In this document: in pieces, positions 1 to 10,207 of the stretch | How positions within the stretch are numbered: position 1 is the first letter of the stretch | How the letters are laid out: each line of letters starts with the position of its first letter | DNA from: Fibrobacterales bacterium | GTDB lineage: Bacteria; Fibrobacterota; Fibrobacteria; Fibrobacterales; JAOPTW01 | Length of the DNA: 64,000 nucleotides | Assembly: GCA_051532035.1 (NCBI GenBank) | Contig: JAOPTW010000015.1 | Span: 160,001-224,000, forward strand | Reading direction: 5' to 3' | The notes under the pieces: model-generated | What the model saw: only the letters and a program-made list of their open reading frames with translations | What the model was told of the DNA's origin: nothing | The model's database searches: none | Translations under genes and position numbers: made by a program

Positions 1-1307
1 TTCACCAACTTTGGTTCCATCTTAAGGAGCTCTTCTACATCATCAAATGCCGGACTTTCATGTACCCGATAGATACCACTCAGGTTGTTTTCTTGTAAAA
101 ATTTGGCACAACAACGGTTTGCCAAAAGCATACATTCTTCAATCCACGAGTGAGAATCGAGATGCTTTGAATCTTCTACTCCACAAGGGATACCCATATC
201 ATCGAATTTAATGCGACGTTCAGTCAGATTCATCAAGAGGAAACCCTCTTTGATTCTGCGAACTTTCAGCGTTGATGTGAGTTTTGAGAGTGCTTTCATA
301 TGAATATGAGTCTTTTGGCCCATGAGTTCAGCCTGCTCATAGGAGAGCGACTCATTAATATTCACTATGGTCTTAGCAAAGCGATATTTTTCTATCGCCC
401 CACGAACAGAAACTTCAGCGATACAGCTAAAGGCAAGACGATCTACCCCTTCACGTAAACTACAGATATCAGAACTCAACTTTTCTGGTATCATTGGTAC
501 TGAACACCAAGGAAGGTATTGTGTAAAAGCACGAGCCAGTGCTTCTTTATCCAGTGCTGACCCCTCAGTTACATAATGTGACACGTCTGCAATATGAACA
601 CCCAATTCCCAGTTTCCGTTATCAAGCTTGCGAAGACTGATAGCATCATCGTGGTCACGCGCCCCTTCTGGGTCGATACATGCAGTATAGACTTCTCTAA
701 AATCTTCACGACCCCGTACACTTTTTGCGTCAGGCTCAGCAATAACATCTGTTTCCGCAACAACATCTGCAGGAAAACTTTCAGGAAGGTCTTTTGTTTT
801 GAGGAACTGCGTCGTTACCTCGCCCCATTGGCTGGTATTGCCCAATGTTTCAACGGGTTTAGCAAATTCACGCCCACGCTTGGCACGAAGGAGCTCAAAA
901 CTGAGAATATCACCCACCTCTCCAGGTTTTTTATACTCTGGGTGTATTGGATGTGCTTCAAAGTCATCAACACGTACCCAAAACCGTGAACCTTTTTTAA
1001 ACAGTACGCCTTTGAGCATGGCATCAAATCGAGTAAAAGTCGCTTTTTCTCGCACTACCTTCTCTTCTTTAGCGCGACGCTGTGGCTGCGGCGCTTTCAC
1101 CCCATCACGATCTGCAAGGCGATACTCTTTTCGTTTATTTTTAACCAACAAGCCATCGCGAACCATCCCTTCGAGTACTTTCTTCAAACCATCTTTTTGA
1201 CGTTTGGTCACGCTAAATACAGCCCTCAATTTGGAGGCGCTTGCAAGTTTATAATCAGGACGGTTGATGTATGCTAAAATCTGTTCACGTGTTGGTATTT
1301 GGCTCAT
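1..1307 (-). CDS. rnr: Ribonuclease R (RNB family), C-terminus runs off the window edge
   Basis: Minus-strand frame from ATG at 1307 (MSQIPTREQIL...) that I read at both ends; contains RNB motifs HSWIEECMLLAN and IYRVHE; absent from the ORF track because it has no stop in the window. Confidence 0.9.
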   Translation of the reverse strand, partial: MSQIPTREQILAYINRPDYKLASASKLRAVFSVTKRQKDGLKKVLEGMVRDGLLVKNKRKEYRLADRDGVKAPQPQRRAKEEKVVREKATFTRFDAMLKGVLFKKGSRFWVRVDDFEAHPIHPEYKKPGEVGDILSFELLRAKRGREFAKPVETLGNTSQWGEVTTQFLKTKDLPESFPADVVAETDVIAEPDAKSVRGREDFREVYTACIDPEGARDHDDAISLRKLDNGNWELGVHIADVSHYVTEGSALDKEALARAFTQYLPWCSVPMIPEKLSSDICSLREGVDRLAFSCIAEVSVRGAIEKYRFAKTIVNINESLSYEQAELMGQKTHIHMKALSKLTSTLKVRRIKEGFLLMNLTERRIKFDDMGIPCGVEDSKHLDSHSWIEECMLLANRCCAKFLQENNLSGIYRVHESPAFDDVEELLKMEPKLV

Positions 1308-1410
1308 AAAAATCTCTATGTTTGAGGAACTCTCCTCAACTGTTGTATAACTCTATTGTATTAACAAAAGTAGCAAATATCTAACTATTTGATTGATTTC
1401 ATTGGGTTTG

Positions 1411-1983
1411 TCAGTAAATTGCGAGGGTGAATTGCACCTGTTTTGAAGGCTCTACCAAAAGATTTTGGATAAAAATATCACCCGTAGTCGCCTCATTTTC
1501 TTTGTGTATTGAACGCACATATTGAGTGACCACCTCAGTAAAAAGATCCGCAGGATTGGGGATAGCGTTAAGGCTGAAGGTTCGTATTGTGGTAAAACGG
1601 GGTTTCAGTGGATTATACTTCATTTGGTAGTATCTTTTAGGATCCAAAGTCGACTGTATTGCATGAGTACGCAGTAAAGTATTGGCATCAATGTCGTACT
1701 CTTTACCTGAATTATTCATAATGACCCCAGCCTTTTTTCTCATAGTAAAGGCAACATCACCCGCCTTCTTCCAAGAAAACCGAGTGATACGAGCATAGAC
1801 CTGTGCAATATGAAATGCTTTTTGTCGTGCAATAGCTATCGAGGTAGAATCCTCTACCACACCGTACCCATGGATAAAAAAGGCACCTTTAGGAGAGTGC
1901 GCCTCGGTATTTTTTGGCGACTCTTGTTTGCACGAACAGAGAAACACCACCATTATCAGTACATACCAACAATTAACTCCCAC
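1411..1983 (-). CDS. Hypothetical lipoprotein
   Basis: 190 aa ORF; hydrophobic N-terminus followed by FLCSC lipobox-like Cys. Confidence 0.55.
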   Translation of the reverse strand: MGVNCWYVLIMVVFLCSCKQESPKNTEAHSPKGAFFIHGYGVVEDSTSIAIARQKAFHIAQVYARITRFSWKKAGDVAFTMRKKAGVIMNNSGKEYDIDANTLLRTHAIQSTLDPKRYYQMKYNPLKPRFTTIRTFSLNAIPNPADLFTEVVTQYVRSIHKENEATTGDIFIQNLLVEPSKQVQFTLAIY

Positions 1984-2060
1984 AACAAAATCTCCAAAAA
2001 GTGATCACACTCTAAAGTATAGCAATGGGCGGCACTAAGATTTATGTTATATTGCCTTAT

Positions 2061-2549
2061 ATGGACTTTTTACAATACACCTTCGCGGGCCATTTACGCA
2101 ATATTAGATTAAAACTTACCGGCAAAAAGCTCTTGGTTCAAGGGAGTTGCCACATGTGTGGTAAATGCTGCCAAAAAATCAATCTGCAAACAGGTTTTAG
2201 CTGGCTTAAGTCCGTTAAAAAATTCCGCAAACTCAGACTTAACGATTCACGCTATTACCGATTAAAAATCGTTGATCGCACCGAAGATGGGCTCCTTACT
2301 TTTTCTTGTAAAAGCATGGTTAACGGACTTTGCACCACCTACGACACCCGCTGGAATTTCTGTAAAACCTACCCAGAACCGGAAGTATTTATGATGGGCG
2401 GTATTTTACAGCAAGAGTGCGGATACTCTTTGGTAGAGGCAAAGCCATTTGAAAAAGAGTTTAAAAAGCACACTAACCGTGCCATTGACCCATCAAAAGT
2501 ATCACGTAATGCCTATGGAGATATTGTACTCCCTCAAAAGGATCAGTAA
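2061..2549 (+). CDS. YkgJ-family cysteine-cluster (Fe-S/zinc-chelating) protein
   Basis: CHMCGKCC (CxxCxxCC) plus C..L..G.C..Y..R...CKTYP pattern; ORF begins at 2025, ATG at 2061 more likely. Confidence 0.8.
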   Translation: MDFLQYTFAGHLRNIRLKLTGKKLLVQGSCHMCGKCCQKINLQTGFSWLKSVKKFRKLRLNDSRYYRLKIVDRTEDGLLTFSCKSMVNGLCTTYDTRWNFCKTYPEPEVFMMGGILQQECGYSLVEAKPFEKEFKKHTNRAIDPSKVSRNAYGDIVLPQKDQ

Positions 2550-3109
2550 TGTACGATATCATTTTACAAAAGGACATGAACCCGCAAGAGCTTCAAACCA
2601 TACAAGCAAGCATGAGTCCCAGATGTACTATCATCGCCTTTGACGATGGAACGGGACACTATCCCGGTTCTATAACCCCCTTTAAGAGCAACGATCAACT
2701 CATGGAGATACTTACCAAGAGCCAAAACCGGTATCTCTTGATATTTCAACGAGCCGCCACTCTCTGCCCCCCATGGGAATCGCCTCTATTTCAACAATTT
2801 GATTCAATCCACTCTCCTGATATTATAGGAGTATTGACTACTCATAATGGGGCAAAGCTCTCTGCACTGATCAACCACTTAAAAGCAGACACCCATCCAC
2901 CTCCACAAGAGATGACCCTTACAAACCTCACGACGTATATTCAACAGACCAACAGTGGTGAATCCGTAAGAGTTCCCGTTGTAGACTCCCCTATCTATGC
3001 AACAAAAAGAGAGACCTTTATGGCGAACCATGTGCTATGGGGAAACTACTCTCACTCAAATTTTCTCTGTAAAGTTATTGCGCAAGATGTGCTTGCTCAA
3101 GAGACATAG
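2549..3109 (+). CDS. Hypothetical protein
   Basis: 186 aa ORF coupled to the upstream gene (TAATG overlap); no recognised motif. Confidence 0.6.
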   Translation: MYDIILQKDMNPQELQTIQASMSPRCTIIAFDDGTGHYPGSITPFKSNDQLMEILTKSQNRYLLIFQRAATLCPPWESPLFQQFDSIHSPDIIGVLTTHNGAKLSALINHLKADTHPPPQEMTLTNLTTYIQQTNSGESVRVPVVDSPIYATKRETFMANHVLWGNYSHSNFLCKVIAQDVLAQET

Positions 3110-3114
3110 CGAGA

Positions 3115-4914
3115 TCAATAATCCTCGGGCCGCGCTCCGTAGAATCCACCCATAACTCGTACTGGTAAATTTAGACCTCGAACCACTGTAGCAAAAGCAT
3201 AGAGCTGATCTACATCAGTGAGCTTCGGTAACCACTCTGCAACCACGCTTTGTGGCACCTGATCGGTGATAACCATCCCATCAAGAAAGAGCATTTCGAC
3301 CGGAAAAGTGTAGTGAAAATAAAGGTGCTTAAAGTATATATGAAGCTCACTCGGTGATGCGTTTACTCGTTGCTTCGTTAATAACTGATGCTGCTGGTAC
3401 AGGTTTTGGGGGCGGGCATTTAATACAGGGCCTTCAATACCAGCGGGGGTATTCCACTGCTGTTGTAGTTGCCAAATTTTATCAACTTCTGTGGCAAATC
3501 GCATAGAGCCTGTCAGCGTCATAAATGGCTGAGGGGGCACTTGACCTGGGTTCAACTGCTGCACTACCCGACCATCAATTTCTGTAAGAGACGTATTGTG
3601 TGTCATAATCGCAATTGGTTTATGAAAATTACGTACCGTTTCAACAATCGACTCCATCGACTCGACTCCTTCAGGAATATACAGGGCAAGCTCACCCTTC
3701 TTTTCGAGTGAAAACTCATACTCCTTTCGCACCACTTTATCAATAATCTGAGCAACACGCCATGAGTTCTTTCCGTCAATATCCATAAAGAGTTGGTTAC
3801 AAAATTCACGACGCTTTTGAGCCATGGGATCACCCTGCTCAAGTGAAGTAATAAGGGCAAGGAATTCATCGCCTGTATTAAACTGGTAGGCGGCTTCGCG
3901 CGCTAAAAACTCTACCGCTTTTGGATTATAAAATGCACAGGTTTTCAGCCGCGGATTATTACCAACAACCACCGGTATATCGAGCACATAACTCTCTAAA
4001 TAGGCAGATGAGAGATCAGATACAACAATATCTGCGATCTTCATATAGGGCACAATTGAAGCATCTTCTACATAGTGTACATGTGATTGGGTCTGAGCCA
4101 AATCTCGATATTTATTGCGCCACTCTTCGGAGGTGGCTCCATGGAGCTTAATAAGAATTTGGTATTTGTTGGGGTCGAATTTTTGCCAATAGTCCAGCAA
4201 CATATCCATAACCGTCAACTCATCATTAAAAGTCGGAACAAACAGAATGGTTTTTCGCGTATTCACGAACCCAATCTCTTTAAAATAGGTGAATTTAAAT
4301 GCGGTATAGTCTTTTGCGAGTTCATCCATCTTGGTAAAGCCTGTGGGCTCTATACGACACTTTACCTGACCAGCAAAAGCATTGACATACCACGGACCTG
4401 GCACACAAAGTACTGTGGCAAAACTTTCACGGCGCACAAAAGGATTGTCGATGAAATAAATGTTTTTACTAATAGTACCATGTCCAACACAGACTACGGG
4501 CCCCCATGCATCCACACGATCATGACATACATCTGCCGTTACTACACAATCATATATTTGAGTTTTTTCGTGACCCCAAAAGGGAATGCCTTGTTTCAAA
4601 AAATCAGCAATTGTTCCTTCACGAAGTCCTTCTTCTGCAACTTCACCATTTTTATCTTTAAAAGCGGGCGCCATAAAACCGACATCAATATCTGGGTGCT
4701 GGAGTAGCTCTCGATAAACAGGCATTAAGACAGGAACATGGAGTTCTCTCAGTGCAAAAAGCACTACTTTAAACTTTGATGGGCGCGTACCATTTGTGAC
4801 TGGCCGGTCAATTGCATGCAATACTAACGCTTCAAGTACCGTATCACAATAATGAAACGACTGTGCAGCTAAGGAATTTTGCTGAGCTATTTGATCGAAG
4901 GGTGTATAAGCCAT
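3115..4914 (-). CDS. CDP-glycerol glycerophosphotransferase (TagB/TagF-like) family protein with C-terminal extension
   Basis: VGHGTISK, TGFTKMD, ILFVPTF, IKLHG and ADIVVSDLSS motifs; ORF extends to 4938, ATG at 4914 more likely. Confidence 0.75.
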   Translation of the reverse strand: MAYTPFDQIAQQNSLAAQSFHYCDTVLEALVLHAIDRPVTNGTRPSKFKVVLFALRELHVPVLMPVYRELLQHPDIDVGFMAPAFKDKNGEVAEEGLREGTIADFLKQGIPFWGHEKTQIYDCVVTADVCHDRVDAWGPVVCVGHGTISKNIYFIDNPFVRRESFATVLCVPGPWYVNAFAGQVKCRIEPTGFTKMDELAKDYTAFKFTYFKEIGFVNTRKTILFVPTFNDELTVMDMLLDYWQKFDPNKYQILIKLHGATSEEWRNKYRDLAQTQSHVHYVEDASIVPYMKIADIVVSDLSSAYLESYVLDIPVVVGNNPRLKTCAFYNPKAVEFLAREAAYQFNTGDEFLALITSLEQGDPMAQKRREFCNQLFMDIDGKNSWRVAQIIDKVVRKEYEFSLEKKGELALYIPEGVESMESIVETVRNFHKPIAIMTHNTSLTEIDGRVVQQLNPGQVPPQPFMTLTGSMRFATEVDKIWQLQQQWNTPAGIEGPVLNARPQNLYQQHQLLTKQRVNASPSELHIYFKHLYFHYTFPVEMLFLDGMVITDQVPQSVVAEWLPKLTDVDQLYAFATVVRGLNLPVRVMGGFYGARPEDY

Positions 4915-5169
4915 AGCAAGAAGAATAAAAAAACTCACACTCTTTGTGGTAATTAACTGTTTTTGACTTAAATGAAGGACTCACCTATTACTTATCGATA
5001 ATTTATTGAGACAACACCATTAATGACAACCTTGATAGAGCGCCCAATTGTAACCTTTTTTTTGCACAAAATAAAATTGATCTCGCTTCTTTATTTTTAT
5101 ATTTATCGGCTTAACAGTGGAAGACAATTAATTAACCGTTTTTCCCACAACAAAAGTGACTGAAGGACT

Positions 5170-6927
5170 ATGCTCAGAAATAACCAATTTGCAAATTCAT
5201 TATTCAAATTAATTCTTTCGACGCTCGTGCTTTTATACGTTACGTGGCTTCTCAGACTGCCTGCCAATTACCTCGCTTTTCTTATCATCCCTGCAACACG
5301 GATAATTGTATCTTTTTTCTGGTACAACGACTCACTCCTCTCATGGACTAAAGCATCATCAGTAGCAGCATTTATTAAAGTGCTCATGAACTCATTTGCT
5401 TTTTGTATCTACTCCATTATTTTACTAAACCTTGAATCAACGGGATTCCGTGTTCTGTTTACCGACCTTGTCTTCTACACCTTCCTCGAACTCACTGTTA
5501 TATATACCTACCGTTACTGGAGATATATTAAAAGCCGCGATAAGAAGACTGCGGTTATCTACGGTGCTGGTGAGAGTGGTATACTCCTTAGAAACAAACT
5601 CCGCAGTAGAGGTTACCGAGTATCTTGGTTTGTTGATGATTCTAAACGTGCACAGCGCACCTCTATTGATGGTACTCGCGTACTCTCCCTAAAACAGTCA
5701 CAAGAGAGACTCAAGGGAATGCCTAAAAAAGATATGCTTGTCATCGCAATCCCCCGCCTTTCTCGCTCGCGGGTTAAAAACAGAATGGTCCGCCTCAAGC
5801 CCTATTTTAAACAGATAAAAATCCTCCCGAGCAAAAGCATTCTTGTTGAAAATGAATCGTGGGCTAAAGGCCTTAAAGAGGTTTCTGTAGAAGAACTTCT
5901 CACACGACGCCCTAAAGACCTCGACATGGATCAAATTAAAAACTTCATTAGTGGCAAAACTATTTTAATTACTGGTGCCTGTGGCTCTATCGGTAGTGAA
6001 CTGGTTCGTCAGTGTGCTCAGTTTGATGCAAAGAAACTCATTTTACTCGATCACTCAGAATTTAACATTTACACGCTCCACGAAGAGATCGGTGCAAATG
6101 TCGCTTGTTATCCTGTAATGCAGTCTGTGGTTAACAAAAAGAGTCTTGAGAATATTTTTAAAACATTTAAACCAGAGATTGTACTCCACGCAGCTGCCTA
6201 TAAGCATGTACCGCTTGTTGAGTTTAATCAAGAAGCAGCAATTTTTAATAACGTGATCGGTACTCAGAACTGTATTGACCTCTCTATAAAACATGGTGTT
6301 GAAAAATTCGTACTCATCTCTACAGACAAAGCAGTAAACCCAACCAATGTAATGGGCGCAACCAAACGAATATGTGAGCTCTATGCTCAGAACTCAAATG
6401 GTCGTGGTAAAACAGATATTGTTGCCGTACGCTTTGGTAATGTTCTTGGGTCATCTGGATCAGTCATCCCCAAATTTAAACAACAGATCTCTTCTGGCCA
6501 AAACCTAACAGTGACTCACCCAGACATCACTCGCTACTTTATGTTAATCTCAGAAGCGTGTGAGCTTGTGCTTCAAGCGGCATCAATTGCTTCTGGTGGC
6601 GAGGTATTTATCCTCGACATGGGTAAACCGGTTAAAATTGTAGATCTTGCCAATAAAATGCTTGAGCTTACGGGTCGTGATGACCTTGAAGTTGAATTTG
6701 TGGGTCTTCGCCCGGGTGAAAAACTTTATGAAGAGCTCATCACCAGTGATGCTGATAAGAAAACCCAGTATGAGTCAATCATGGTTGGCCACTCTACAGA
6801 GTATGATCTTGAGAAACTTACTCATGACATTGAGCAGCTTCTCACCGTTGAAGATAAGATTGCTCAGCTGAAGTACATCATTCCTGAGTTTAATCACCTG
6901 CCTCATGACTTTAAGATAAAGCTGTAG
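5170..6927 (+). CDS. pglF: Membrane-anchored UDP-GlcNAc 4,6-dehydratase (PglF/WbpM/CapD family)
   Basis: N-terminal TM helices, YGAGESG, TGACGSIGSEL, HAAAYKHVP, STDKAVNPTNVMGATK, RFGNVLGSSGSVIP, GLRPGEKLYEEL. Confidence 0.9.
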   Translation: MLRNNQFANSLFKLILSTLVLLYVTWLLRLPANYLAFLIIPATRIIVSFFWYNDSLLSWTKASSVAAFIKVLMNSFAFCIYSIILLNLESTGFRVLFTDLVFYTFLELTVIYTYRYWRYIKSRDKKTAVIYGAGESGILLRNKLRSRGYRVSWFVDDSKRAQRTSIDGTRVLSLKQSQERLKGMPKKDMLVIAIPRLSRSRVKNRMVRLKPYFKQIKILPSKSILVENESWAKGLKEVSVEELLTRRPKDLDMDQIKNFISGKTILITGACGSIGSELVRQCAQFDAKKLILLDHSEFNIYTLHEEIGANVACYPVMQSVVNKKSLENIFKTFKPEIVLHAAAYKHVPLVEFNQEAAIFNNVIGTQNCIDLSIKHGVEKFVLISTDKAVNPTNVMGATKRICELYAQNSNGRGKTDIVAVRFGNVLGSSGSVIPKFKQQISSGQNLTVTHPDITRYFMLISEACELVLQAASIASGGEVFILDMGKPVKIVDLANKMLELTGRDDLEVEFVGLRPGEKLYEELITSDADKKTQYESIMVGHSTEYDLEKLTHDIEQLLTVEDKIAQLKYIIPEFNHLPHDFKIKL

Positions 6928-7000
6928 GCTCATTTCTTCTTTCTTATTTGGTTATTCCAACTCACATACGTAGAGTAACCATAAACTCATTTATTGTCCT

Positions 7001-7038
7001 AGATAACCTTTTCCTATAGTTTAAGGTTATCTTTTTTT
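7001..7038 (+). terminator. Probable intrinsic terminator of pglF
   Basis: AGATAACCTT-N12-AAGGTTATCT followed by a T run. Confidence 0.55.
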
Positions 7039-7044
7039 AACATC

Positions 7045-7180
7045 CTGGGGGCTACGCACCCCCAGACCCGCGCCAGCTTTTTTCAACAGCAAAAAAAGCT
7101 GGACAAAATGCCGTCGCTGACCCGCAGCGAGCCCGAAGGCCAGTCAGGTATCCCACTAAACCGTTCAGGATCAAACCTTC
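7045..7180 (+). repeat. Structured intergenic element, copy 1 (REP/MITE-like)
   Basis: CTGGGGG-CTACGCA-CCCCCAG hairpin and following ACCCGCGCCAGC identical to 20125 onward; second hairpin CCAGCTTTTTT...AAAAAAGCTGG; distal ACCGTTCAGGATCAAACCTTC motif. Confidence 0.8.
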
Positions 7181-7301
7181 ACTCAACTGAGAATGTTATT
7201 AAATTTCTACATAAAACACCTAATCACACCCTTTTGTGGCTAATATGCTTCTATAAGAAACTAAAATCGATGTTAAACTATAGCATTATGCCAACGAATA
7301 C

Positions 7302-7339
7302 AAAAAAGGCCTATTTCATTACTGAAATAGGCCTTTTTT
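7302..7339 (-). terminator. Intrinsic terminator downstream of the GtrB-like gene (possibly bidirectional)
   Basis: AAAAAAGGCCTATTTCA-TTAC-TGAAATAGGCCTTTTTT. Confidence 0.85.
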
Positions 7340-7360
7340 AATACTTATTTTTTTTGATTC

Positions 7361-8314
7361 TTATTCTCTACCAGAAAGCTTTTCTACGAAGTAACGTGGG
7401 CGGGCTTTTATCTCTGAGTAGATCTTTCCGATATACTCTCCAATGATTCCAATTCCAAGAAGCTGTACACCGCCAATAAAGAACAGAGGAACGAGGGTCG
7501 ATGCCCAACCTGGTGCAGAATTCTGTGTAAAAAACCTGATATAGAGTACCCAGAGTATGAGAAGTACTGATACGATACAGACAAATACTCCCATGGAGGT
7601 TACAAACCTCAGTGGCATGTTTGAAAATGATGTTACACCCTGCCATGCAAGGCGAAGCATTTTTGATAATGGGTATTTAGACTCACCCGCAACACGCTCT
7701 GCACGACTATAACTTACTTCAGCAGTTTTATATCCAAGTTGCGGGATAATTCCACGAAGAAACAAGTTGGTCTCTTTGTAACCGCTCAGCGCCCGGATTG
7801 CCACCCGAGACATGAAGCGATAGTCAGCATGATTAAAGACTACTTCTACACCTAATTTATTGAGGAGCTTATAGTAACCTTCGGCAGTAAAGCGTTTGAA
7901 AAAGGTATCGCTCTTTCTACTTGAACGCGTACCATAGACAATTTCACAGCCATCGTAATGGTGCTGAATCATCTTATCCATAACATCGACATCATCTTGA
8001 AGGTCTGCATCAATTGATATTGTCATATCTTCAATAGTACTGAAGAGACCAGCCATTAATGCATTTTGGTGCCCTTGATTTCGGGAGAGCTTTACTCCCA
8101 CAACGTATTTGTTGGACTGAGAAAATTGATTAATCATTTCCCATGTCTTATCTTTAGAACCATCATCAACCAAGTACATTTTAGAATCATCATTTATGAG
8201 ATTCTGAGCCTTTAAACTCTCAATTTTTTCTGTCATTTTCTCGACAGTAATAGGGAGCATACTCTCTTCGTTGTAACAGGGAATAACAATAGCTAGACTT
8301 TCTGGTTGCGTCAT
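7361..8314 (-). CDS. GT2 polyprenol-phosphate glycosyltransferase (GtrB/YkcC-like)
   Basis: IPCYNEE, VDDGSKD, SRNQGHQNAL, DADLQD, RVAGESKY, two C-terminal TM helices, GEYIGKIY..KARPRY. Confidence 0.9.
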   Translation of the reverse strand: MTQPESLAIVIPCYNEESMLPITVEKMTEKIESLKAQNLINDDSKMYLVDDGSKDKTWEMINQFSQSNKYVVGVKLSRNQGHQNALMAGLFSTIEDMTISIDADLQDDVDVMDKMIQHHYDGCEIVYGTRSSRKSDTFFKRFTAEGYYKLLNKLGVEVVFNHADYRFMSRVAIRALSGYKETNLFLRGIIPQLGYKTAEVSYSRAERVAGESKYPLSKMLRLAWQGVTSFSNMPLRFVTSMGVFVCIVSVLLILWVLYIRFFTQNSAPGWASTLVPLFFIGGVQLLGIGIIGEYIGKIYSEIKARPRYFVEKLSGRE

Positions 8315-8424
8315 GGAGTCCTCAAAATAAAACGGGTAATTATGGGGCTAAAATAGAAATTATGTTCTTTAAATTGAGACTCTTTAACGGGTATTTTACA
8401 GAGTTTTTGAATTTAACTCTTCAT

Positions 8425-9495
8425 CTAAAAAGAAAGAATTATTGAAGCTCTTACTGGCTTATTAAAATAGACGACACTATTTTCAAAGCCACTTAACGAT
8501 TCTTCGAGTACATGGTACTCAGTACCATCTTTTGTAACCTTCCCGCGATACTTATATCCTGTTAGGTCCATTGTTTGATACGATCCATCTGTCACTTCAT
8601 GATATCTTTTTTGATAGAGCGTATTTTTAATGACACTCCACTCTGGATACCACCCCAATTCAAATGCAAAATGGGCATTAGGCTTTATTCTTATAGCAAA
8701 AGCTGACCCTATTACGTAGCCTAAGCCTTCTGATGTTGACATTGCTGTCTCATGAGCCCCCTTAACAGGGTGCGTATCTTTGTCTGATACAAACACAACA
8801 CCAGCTGTTATTCCCGTACGTAACAGCTCAACGTACTCAAAATTGATCAATGGGAAATAGAGGTTAAAGAGGATCCTATGATGATTTGATGTATACGTCA
8901 ACACTTTAGTGCTCTCATTTATACCAATATTTTCAGGAACCATTCTAATAGTATCGGGGTTCATTTGCGTATAGTCTGCTAACAACCAACCTGAAAGGCC
9001 ATAGGCGTCATATTCAAAAAAGGCCCCATCATACGTTAATGAGAGATCAAACTCTCTTTTGAGTTTTTTTAATTGCCACCCAAAGCCCAATGTCACACCA
9101 AAATTACTTGTTTCAATTCGGGAATTTGAGTGAATGTTTTTACGTTCGAGAAACTGACCACCGGTGTTTTCAACACCTACCCAGTCATCATCCGACATCT
9201 CTGAATCTGATTCTGAAATATTGGCCCATCCTCCAAAGACGACATAGCCTCTATCGGTCAAAAACAGCTTTAAAGATGCTCCGACTCTATAATAATCAGT
9301 AGGGTACTGCAGTTTACTTTTGATATAGTGCTGGTAAAACCCACCATCAGTACTTTCCTCAAAACCTTCAGTCGCTTTAAACTTGAAATAGGTATAACTA
9401 TTGAAAAGCCCTTTATCAACAAAAGGACTAAACTCAACCACCTTTGCTGAAAGTATCGCACTTACTACCAAAATGAGAATACAACTTTTAATCAT
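8425..9495 (-). CDS. Omptin-like outer-membrane beta-barrel protease
   Basis: Signal peptide, terminal Phe, EMSDDDW and SDKDTH matching the omptin MxDxDW and DxDxH catalytic motifs. Confidence 0.6.
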   Translation of the reverse strand: MIKSCILILVVSAILSAKVVEFSPFVDKGLFNSYTYFKFKATEGFEESTDGGFYQHYIKSKLQYPTDYYRVGASLKLFLTDRGYVVFGGWANISESDSEMSDDDWVGVENTGGQFLERKNIHSNSRIETSNFGVTLGFGWQLKKLKREFDLSLTYDGAFFEYDAYGLSGWLLADYTQMNPDTIRMVPENIGINESTKVLTYTSNHHRILFNLYFPLINFEYVELLRTGITAGVVFVSDKDTHPVKGAHETAMSTSEGLGYVIGSAFAIRIKPNAHFAFELGWYPEWSVIKNTLYQKRYHEVTDGSYQTMDLTGYKYRGKVTKDGTEYHVLEESLSGFENSVVYFNKPVRASIILSF

Positions 9496-9601
9496 GGACC
9501 CTGCTCACTATTTCGTTTCACAAATGTATAAAAATTGAACTTCACTCCATTAGGCACACCGATTTATTACAATGCAATTTTATTTTTTTACTTTTGGTTA
9601 C

Positions 9602-10207
9602 ATGAAACGACTATTCGATATTGTATGCGTGATCGGCATTGGTATAACCCTGTGGCCGCTCCTAATTATTCTCTATGTTGTCAATCGACATTATCATGGC
9701 TCACCCGTTCTTTTTAAGCAACAACGTCCCGGAAAAAGTGGCACGCCATTTTTTATGTATAAATTCCGTTCTATGACCAATGAATGCGATGTTCAAGGCA
9801 CCCTTTTACCCGACAGCCAGCGTCTTACTCCTTTTGGCATACGACTTCGGAACAGTTCTCTCGATGAACTCCCCGAACTTCTCAATGTTCTCAAAGGTGA
9901 GATGAGCCTTGTAGGCCCCCGGCCACTCCTTATGGAGTATCTCCCTCTTTATAGTGAGACTCAAGCCCAGCGACACAATGTTCGCCCTGGTGTTACAGGG
10001 TGGGCACAAATTAATGGCCGCAATTCCCTCTCATGGGAAGAGAAGTTTGATCTTGATGTTTGGTATGTCGAAAACCGCACACTTTGGCTCGATACAAAGA
10101 TTCTCTTTTTGACCATTAAAAAAGTTTTTGTTAAAGAGGGGATTTCTGCCGAAGGAGAGGCAACTATGAGTAAATTCACCGGTACTTCTTCAGGGGGGCA
10201 AGTATGA
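9602..10207 (+). CDS. pglC: Priming undecaprenyl-phosphate phosphoglycosyl transferase (PglC-like sugar transferase)
   Basis: MKRLFD, FKQQRPG, YKFRSM, SLDELPEL.NVLKGEMSLVGPRP, RPGVTGWAQINGRN; ORF begins at 9572. Confidence 0.9.
   Translation: MKRLFDIVCVIGIGITLWPLLIILYVVNRHYHGSPVLFKQQRPGKSGTPFFMYKFRSMTNECDVQGTLLPDSQRLTPFGIRLRNSSLDELPELLNVLKGEMSLVGPRPLLMEYLPLYSETQAQRHNVRPGVTGWAQINGRNSLSWEEKFDLDVWYVENRTLWLDTKILFLTIKKVFVKEGISAEGEATMSKFTGTSSGGQV

Noticed and set aside
367..1200. Short ORFs on both strands at the left edge
   Set aside because: Shadows of the RNase R frame
7108..7341. 77 aa ORF, and the 110 aa ORF at 20073..20405
   Set aside because: Both run through the hairpin elements or a terminator, with no SD or recognisable motif; probably spurious
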